55,310 bases of DNA, taken from positions 1 to 55,310 of the forward strand of contig CANQFJ010000006.1 in the NCBI GenBank assembly GCA_947598485.1, given 5' to 3'. Below the pieces are notes generated by a model. The model was not told where the DNA came from. It saw only the letters and a program-made list of their open reading frames with translations, and ran no database searches. The position numbers were made by a program, and so were the translations under genes. Of this stretch, positions 48,594 to 55,310 are shown in pieces (the first letter of the stretch is position 1; every line of letters begins with the position of its first letter). This stretch comes from an uncultured Bacilli bacterium (GTDB taxonomy: Bacteria > Bacillota_I > Bacilli_A > RF39 > UBA660).

Positions 48594-50753
48594 ATGAAAA
48601 TAATTAAACGAGATGGCCACATGGTAGACTATTGTCCAGAGAAGATAGAACAAGCTATTATGAAGGCTAATAATGAAGTTGAGGAAGAAGATAAAGCATC
48701 TGCTACTCAAATCAAAAATATTATAAAATATATCGAGGGTTTAGGTAAAAAAAGAATGCTAGTTGAAGATATTCAAGACATTATTGAAATGAAATTGATG
48801 TCTATTGGTAAATTCACATTAGCTAAAAAATATATAACATATAGATATACAAGAGAACTTGTAAGAAAGAGTAATACTACTGACTTAGCTATTAAAGAAT
48901 TAATTGATGGCGAAAGCGAATATTGGAATAATGAAAACTCTAATAAAAATGCTAAGATTGTTACAACCCAAAGAGACTATTTGGCAGGTATAACATCAAC
49001 TGATATAACAAGAAGATTTCTTCTTACTGATGAAATAGTAAAAGCCCATGATGAAGGAATTATCCATTTTCATGATGCTGATTATTTTGCTCAAAATGCT
49101 CTACATAACTGCTGTTTAGTAAACCTTGAAGATATGCTTCAAAATGGTACAAATATAAATGGTGTAATGATCGAAAAACCTCACAGATTCTTAACTGCTG
49201 TAACTATTGCAACTCAAATTATAACTGCTGTATCATCTAGCCAATATGGAGGAGTAACAATTTCTCTTACTCATTTAGCTCCATTTGTTAGAGATAGTTA
49301 CAATAGATATGTGGAAAAATATAAAGAAAGAAAATTAAATAAAGAACAAGTAGAAAAATTTGCTAAAGAAGATCTAGCTAGAGAAATCACTGATGGTGTT
49401 CAAACTTTCCAATATCAAGTAAACTCTATGACGACTACTAATGGTCAAGCACCTTTCTTAAGTGTATGTATGTACTTAGGAGAAACTGATGAATATAAAG
49501 AAGAACTTGCTATGATTATTGAAGAATTCTTAAAACAAAGAATTGAAGGCATGAAAAACGAAAAAGGTGTTTATATAACTCCTGCTTTCCCTAAACTTCT
49601 TTATGTTTTAGAGGAAGATAATATTCATGAAAATAGTAAGTATTGGTATTTAACTGAACTTGCAGCTAAATGTACTGCTAAAAGAATGGTACCAGATTAT
49701 ATTTCTGAAAAAATAATGAAACAATCTAAGATTGATAAAAATGGTGAAGGTCACTGCTATCCATGCATGGGATGCCGTTCATTTTTAACTCCTTATGTTG
49801 ATCCTGATACTAATTTACCTAAATATTATGGTAGATTTAATCAAGGTGTTGTAACCATCAACTTACCAGATGTTGGTTTATCTGCTGACAAAGATTTTGA
49901 TGCTTTCTGGAAAATTCTTGATGAAAGACTTGAACTATGCCATAGAGCATTACAAATCAGACATAAAAGGTTAAGTAAAGCTACATCTGATGTTGCCCCA
50001 ATATTATGGCAACACGGAGCTTTAGCAAGACTTGGTAAGGGTGAAAGCATTCATGATCTATTACATAATGGCTATTCAACTTTATCATTAGGATATGCTG
50101 GACTTTATGAATGTGTTAAAGCTATGACTGGTAAATCTCATACTGACCCTGAAGGTAAAGAATTTGCTCTTCAAGTAATGCAAAGATTAAATGACAAATG
50201 TAAGGAATGGAAAGAAGCCGAAAAAATTGATTATAGTGTATATGGAACACCAATTGAATCAACAACTTATAAATTTGCTAAGTGCTTAAGAGATAGATTT
50301 GGTATCATCAAAGGCATTACAGATCGTGATTATATAACTAATTCATATCATGTACCTGTTTTTGAAGCTATTGACCCATTTGAAAAACTTAAACTAGAAA
50401 GTGAATTTCAAAAACTATCTCCAGGAGGAGCTATTTCCTATGTTGAAACCGCTAACTTAACAGGTAATATCCCTGCTGTATTAGAGGTAATTAAATTTAT
50501 ATATGATAATATTATGTACGCTGAATTAAATACTAAGAGTGACTATTGCCAAAAATGTGGTTATGATGGTGAAATACTAATCGATGATAATATGGAATGG
50601 TATTGCCCTAACTGTGGTAATAGAGACCATAATACATTAAATGTTGCAAGAAGAACCTGTGGATATATTGGTACAAGATTCTGGAATAAAGGAAGAACTC
50701 AAGAAATAAAAGAACGTTATGTTCATATTGACAATAAAGATCTAGGAGAATAA
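48594..50753 (+). CDS. nrdD: Anaerobic (class III) ribonucleoside-triphosphate reductase with ATP cone
   Basis: IIKRDG ATP cone, IHFHD, NCCL, MGCRS, TNSYHV, CxxC..CxxC, RRTCGYIG. Confidence 0.97.
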   Translation: MKIIKRDGHMVDYCPEKIEQAIMKANNEVEEEDKASATQIKNIIKYIEGLGKKRMLVEDIQDIIEMKLMSIGKFTLAKKYITYRYTRELVRKSNTTDLAIKELIDGESEYWNNENSNKNAKIVTTQRDYLAGITSTDITRRFLLTDEIVKAHDEGIIHFHDADYFAQNALHNCCLVNLEDMLQNGTNINGVMIEKPHRFLTAVTIATQIITAVSSSQYGGVTISLTHLAPFVRDSYNRYVEKYKERKLNKEQVEKFAKEDLAREITDGVQTFQYQVNSMTTTNGQAPFLSVCMYLGETDEYKEELAMIIEEFLKQRIEGMKNEKGVYITPAFPKLLYVLEEDNIHENSKYWYLTELAAKCTAKRMVPDYISEKIMKQSKIDKNGEGHCYPCMGCRSFLTPYVDPDTNLPKYYGRFNQGVVTINLPDVGLSADKDFDAFWKILDERLELCHRALQIRHKRLSKATSDVAPILWQHGALARLGKGESIHDLLHNGYSTLSLGYAGLYECVKAMTGKSHTDPEGKEFALQVMQRLNDKCKEWKEAEKIDYSVYGTPIESTTYKFAKCLRDRFGIIKGITDRDYITNSYHVPVFEAIDPFEKLKLESEFQKLSPGGAISYVETANLTGNIPAVLEVIKFIYDNIMYAELNTKSDYCQKCGYDGEILIDDNMEWYCPNCGNRDHNTLNVARRTCGYIGTRFWNKGRTQEIKERYVHIDNKDLGE

Positions 50754-50755
50754 TT

Positions 50756-51271
50756 ATGAGATACAATAAAATTAGACGCCTAGATATATCAAACGGACCA
50801 GGGATTAGAGTTTCTATCTTTATGCAAGGATGCGAATTTAAGTGTAAGAATTGTTTTAATCCTGAAACTCATGATTTTAATGGGGGAAAAGAATTTACTG
50901 ATGAAACAATTGAAGAAATTATTGATATAGCATCTCCTGATCGTGTTGCAGGGCTTTCCATTTTAGGTGGTGAGCCTCTTCATCCTAAAAATATCGAAGG
51001 AACTACAAGACTTGCCAAAATATTTAAAGCTCATTATCCAAATAAAACAGTTTGGATATGGACGGGTTTCTTATATGACAAAGATTTACAAGATAAGGAA
51101 ATCCTAAAATATGCTGACGTTATTGTTGATGGAAGATTTGTTGAAAAAGAAAAAGATTTAAAATTAAAATATTGTGGTTCAAGAAATCAAAGAGTTATTG
51201 ATGTTAAAAAGTCTGTAGAGGCAAATAAAATAGTTTTATATGAGGATAAAGATGGCTTGTCGTGGTTTTAA
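50756..51271 (+). CDS. nrdG: Anaerobic RNR activating enzyme
   Basis: NGPGIRVS, CEFKCKNC radical SAM motif, LGGEP, GSRNQRVID. Confidence 0.97.
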   Translation: MRYNKIRRLDISNGPGIRVSIFMQGCEFKCKNCFNPETHDFNGGKEFTDETIEEIIDIASPDRVAGLSILGGEPLHPKNIEGTTRLAKIFKAHYPNKTVWIWTGFLYDKDLQDKEILKYADVIVDGRFVEKEKDLKLKYCGSRNQRVIDVKKSVEANKIVLYEDKDGLSWF

Positions 51272-51707
51272 AGTTGCTAAAGGATGGGAAGACAAAGGCA
51301 TAGAGCTTCCTGTTCGCTCAACTTCTAAAGCCGCAGCTTATGATATTAAAGCTGCTGAAGATGTTGTGATTCCCAAATTTGCGCCAGGGGTAAAACCAAC
51401 ATTGATTCCTACGGGGCTTAAAGCTTATTGTATGCCTGATGAGTGGTATATGCTTGCCAACAGGAGTAGTGGTCCTAAAAAAGGCTTAGTTTTAGCTAAT
51501 AGCATTGGCATAATTGATGCCGATTATTATGAAAATGAAACTAATGATGGGCATTTTATGTTTCAATATTGGAATTTTAGTGACGAAGATATCACCATTA
51601 AAAAAGGCGATAGAATAGGTCAAGTAATATTTATGAAATATTTACTTGTTGATGATGATAATGCCCAAGGCATTCGAACTGGTGGCTTTGGCTCAACAGG
51701 AAACTAG
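51252..51707 (+). CDS. dut: Trimeric dUTPase
   Basis: AAYD, NRSS, GIIDADYY, GDRIGQ, RTGGFGSTG; start moved to ATG 51252. Confidence 0.95.
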   Translation: MACRGFKVAKGWEDKGIELPVRSTSKAAAYDIKAAEDVVIPKFAPGVKPTLIPTGLKAYCMPDEWYMLANRSSGPKKGLVLANSIGIIDADYYENETNDGHFMFQYWNFSDEDITIKKGDRIGQVIFMKYLLVDDDNAQGIRTGGFGSTGN

Positions 51708-53125
51708 TGATTAAGAGCTTTATAGCTCTTTTTTAGTTCTTTAACAAATTTGGAAGGATTAGCTCTTGGCACAAGCAAGAAAGTTTGCTTTTTACATCTA
51801 GTTATACCGACAAAAAAGACCCGTCTTTCTTCAGCAAAAGGATATTTATCTATTTCTTTATTTAAATAATTAAGAATAGGGTGATCCTCAATTTTATTAG
51901 GTATTCCCATCATGCTATCTTCAACATTTAAAATAATAACAAATTCAGCTTCGAGCCCTTTGGAAGAATGAATTGTGAGAAAAGGAAAACTATATTCTTT
52001 ATAAATAACATTATTATCTTTATAGCTAATGTCCTTAGATAGATACTTATAAATATCTTTTTTATTTCTTGCTAAAATCATAATATCCGTGCTCTGCGGT
52101 ATTATTTTATTTAAAGTTTTAATTAATATCTTTTGAGGATTATAATAATAACATATCTTAATAGGCTCTTTATATATGATAGTACTTTGCATATTTTTAA
52201 CTATTTGATTAGGGTTTTTGTTAATAAAATCTTCAGATAGTTTTACTAAATTCATACTATTTCGATAAGTGTTTTTTAAAAATAAAACTTTTGCTTTAGG
52301 AAAATATTTTTGAAAGTTAAGAAAGATATTTAAATCACAACCCGAGAAATGAAAGATTGATTGAGCATCATCGCCTACAGCAGTAATAGTAGCATTATTT
52401 AATTTATAAATACTCATTATTAGATTTAACCTTATTAAAGATGTATCTTGAAATTCATCTACGATAATGTAATCAAATTTTTTATAATTTTTAGTTTTGT
52501 TTAATACTTTAGTTGCCATAATAATAAGGTCATCAAAATCAAAAGTATTTTGACTTTTCTTTTCTTGTTCATATAAATAAAGTATTTTAAAGATAATTGT
52601 AATAAGATATTTATCTTTATAATCATTAGCTATCTTTTCGATAGTTTCATAATCATGATTATTGGTTTTAAAAAGGTTAATAAAAGTTTTAATTAAATTA
52701 CATAAGCTTATAAACTGAGGACTATTTTCATCAAATTTTGGTATTTTTAAGTATTGTACTAATTCATTTTGCTCATTTTTATTAAGTGATTTCAAATATT
52801 CTTTGATAAGATAATCAAGCATATAAGGGGTAGCTAAACTATAAGTAATATGATTATATTCAAGGATATCCATAGCTAGTTTATGAAAGGTAGTAATTTG
52901 ACTAGGTACTTTAATTTTCTTTTTTAAATCATCAACGCTTTTATTAGTAAAAGAAATAAGTAAAATATTACTTTGAGGATTATGTTCATAAATATAATTT
53001 ACTTTATGCATAATCGTAGTCGTTTTACCACTGCCGGGACCAGCGATTACTAATAAATCATTTAAAGATGTAACAATAGATTTTTGATATTCATCTAGAT
53101 TCATAATTAGGCTTTCTAAATTCAT
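51704..53125 (-). CDS. Compact UvrD/Rep-family (helicase IV-like) helicase
   Basis: AGPGSGKT, VDEFQD, VGDDAQSIF, TYRN, TIHSSKGLE, EERRVFFVGITR. Confidence 0.9.
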   Translation of the reverse strand: MNLESLIMNLDEYQKSIVTSLNDLLVIAGPGSGKTTTIMHKVNYIYEHNPQSNILLISFTNKSVDDLKKKIKVPSQITTFHKLAMDILEYNHITYSLATPYMLDYLIKEYLKSLNKNEQNELVQYLKIPKFDENSPQFISLCNLIKTFINLFKTNNHDYETIEKIANDYKDKYLITIIFKILYLYEQEKKSQNTFDFDDLIIMATKVLNKTKNYKKFDYIIVDEFQDTSLIRLNLIMSIYKLNNATITAVGDDAQSIFHFSGCDLNIFLNFQKYFPKAKVLFLKNTYRNSMNLVKLSEDFINKNPNQIVKNMQSTIIYKEPIKICYYYNPQKILIKTLNKIIPQSTDIMILARNKKDIYKYLSKDISYKDNNVIYKEYSFPFLTIHSSKGLEAEFVIILNVEDSMMGIPNKIEDHPILNYLNKEIDKYPFAEERRVFFVGITRCKKQTFLLVPRANPSKFVKELKKSYKALNH

Positions 53126-53218
53126 ATCATTCTTTTTCTAGTATAGCAAATTGTAAAGATTATGACAATTTCTTTTAAGTTTTTTAGTTTCGCATTATAA
53201 TTAAGATAGGAGTTAACG

Positions 53219-53644
53219 ATGAAAAGATGTAAAAAAGTAGTAGGTGTGGCCTTTATTGAAGATGGAAAACTTTTAATAGTTCAATCTGTTCGAAGCAGTA
53301 AAAATAATATTTGGACTTTAGTTGGTGGTGGAGTTGAAGAAGGCGAAACTGAAGTTGAAGCAGCAATAAGAGAAGTCAGTGAAGAAATTCACAATAACTT
53401 TACAATTCAGGAAGAAAATTTAAAGCCATTGATGTGCTTTAAAGAAAGTGCTGCATCAGATCCTGAAACCGAAATCCTTATGACGATATTTATTTGTAAT
53501 AAAAAGATAGATACTTATTTTTCCAGAGATATTGAAATTCTTCATTATCACTGGTATAAACTAGGTGAATCTAATTATAAGATATCTTCGGCGATAAGAG
53601 ATCATTTTATACCATTTGCTATTAATGAGGGTTTATTATATTAA
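53219..53644 (+). CDS. NUDIX hydrolase
   Basis: GGGVEEGETEVEAAIREVSEE Nudix box. Confidence 0.92.
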   Translation: MKRCKKVVGVAFIEDGKLLIVQSVRSSKNNIWTLVGGGVEEGETEVEAAIREVSEEIHNNFTIQEENLKPLMCFKESAASDPETEILMTIFICNKKIDTYFSRDIEILHYHWYKLGESNYKISSAIRDHFIPFAINEGLLY

Positions 53645-53669
53645 ATCCTTTTTTTATGGTATTATATAG

Positions 53670-54950
<1,281 letters not shown>

Positions 54951-55028
54951 TATTTAACAAAATGTATACTTACTGATTAGAGTTTTGTTCATTAAAATTT
55001 TATATGATAATGTAATTGTAATTACATT

Positions 55029-55072
55029 TGAGGTTTTCCTTGCCCGTTGGGCTTGGGACACCTCATTTTTTT
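55029..55072 (+). terminator. GC-rich hairpin with T tract downstream of purA
   Basis: tgaggt...gccc-gtt-gggc...acctca followed by Ts. Confidence 0.6.
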
Positions 55073-55139
55073 ATTTTTCTTTCTTTTGACCTTGGCAAAA
55101 ATTTATCAGAATCAGAATTGAACATATCATTTTCATAAA

Positions 55140-55175
55140 AAAATTACTCTAAGAAATAAATTTCAGAGTAATTTT
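55140..55175 (-). terminator. Probable terminator of the minus-strand tRNA-Thr
   Basis: aaaattactct ... agagtaatttt inverted repeat with A tract on its left. Confidence 0.55.
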
Positions 55176-55228
55176 CGGAGTAATTATTTATAAATTCCTT
55201 TAGTTTCCAAGGATAATTTTAACTTGAA

Positions 55229-55304
55229 TGGTGCCGACAGAGGGAATCGAACCCCCAACCTACTGATTACAAGTCAGTTGCGCTACCAATTACGCTATGT
55301 CGGC
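55229..55304 (-). tRNA. tRNA-Thr(TGT)
   Basis: Reverse complement folds as a cloverleaf GCCGACA/TGTCGGC, loop CTTGTAA, CCA end. Confidence 0.95.
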
Positions 55305-55310
55305 AAAAAA

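Noticed and set aside
11748-50050. Other short overlapping ORFs in the track (11748, 12803, 17799, 24143, 25054, 25967, 32014, 32788, 33198, 34109, 35854, 36937, 39901, 40352, 45717, 49841)
   Set aside because: Overlap better-supported genes and show no coding signals of their own

Overview
AT-rich, densely packed chromosomal window from a streamlined low-GC Firmicute using the standard code (TGA is a stop). Gene content and Bacillus-like synteny suggest an uncultured Bacilli lineage such as RF39, but that is inference. Most of it is housekeeping: queA, tgt, tex, rmuC, pduL, dusB, murC, T-box-ileS, rpoB-rpoC, dgt, ymfF/ymfH, rpsD, nrdD-nrdG-dut, purA and four tRNAs. The standout is a roughly 7 kb block between queA and tgt that encodes two tandem, paralogous giant RpoD-type sigma factors (1196 and 913 aa). 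Each has an unrecognised N-terminal domain, a full sigma70 core, an array of about 73-aa repeats (7 vs 4 copies), a second region-4-like HTH module and an [ST]RKR tail. The second paralogue has altered promoter-contacting residues. Other notable signals: RpoB with two classic rifampicin-resistance substitutions, IleRS2 with a GLHH signature motif, a Crp/Fnr-family gene divergent from nrdD with a palindrome at about -41.5, an Rpn nuclease with a candidate internal antitoxin start, and several orphan proteins. No CRISPR array, rRNA, integrase or prophage was seen. All calls are by eye from motifs; no searches were run.
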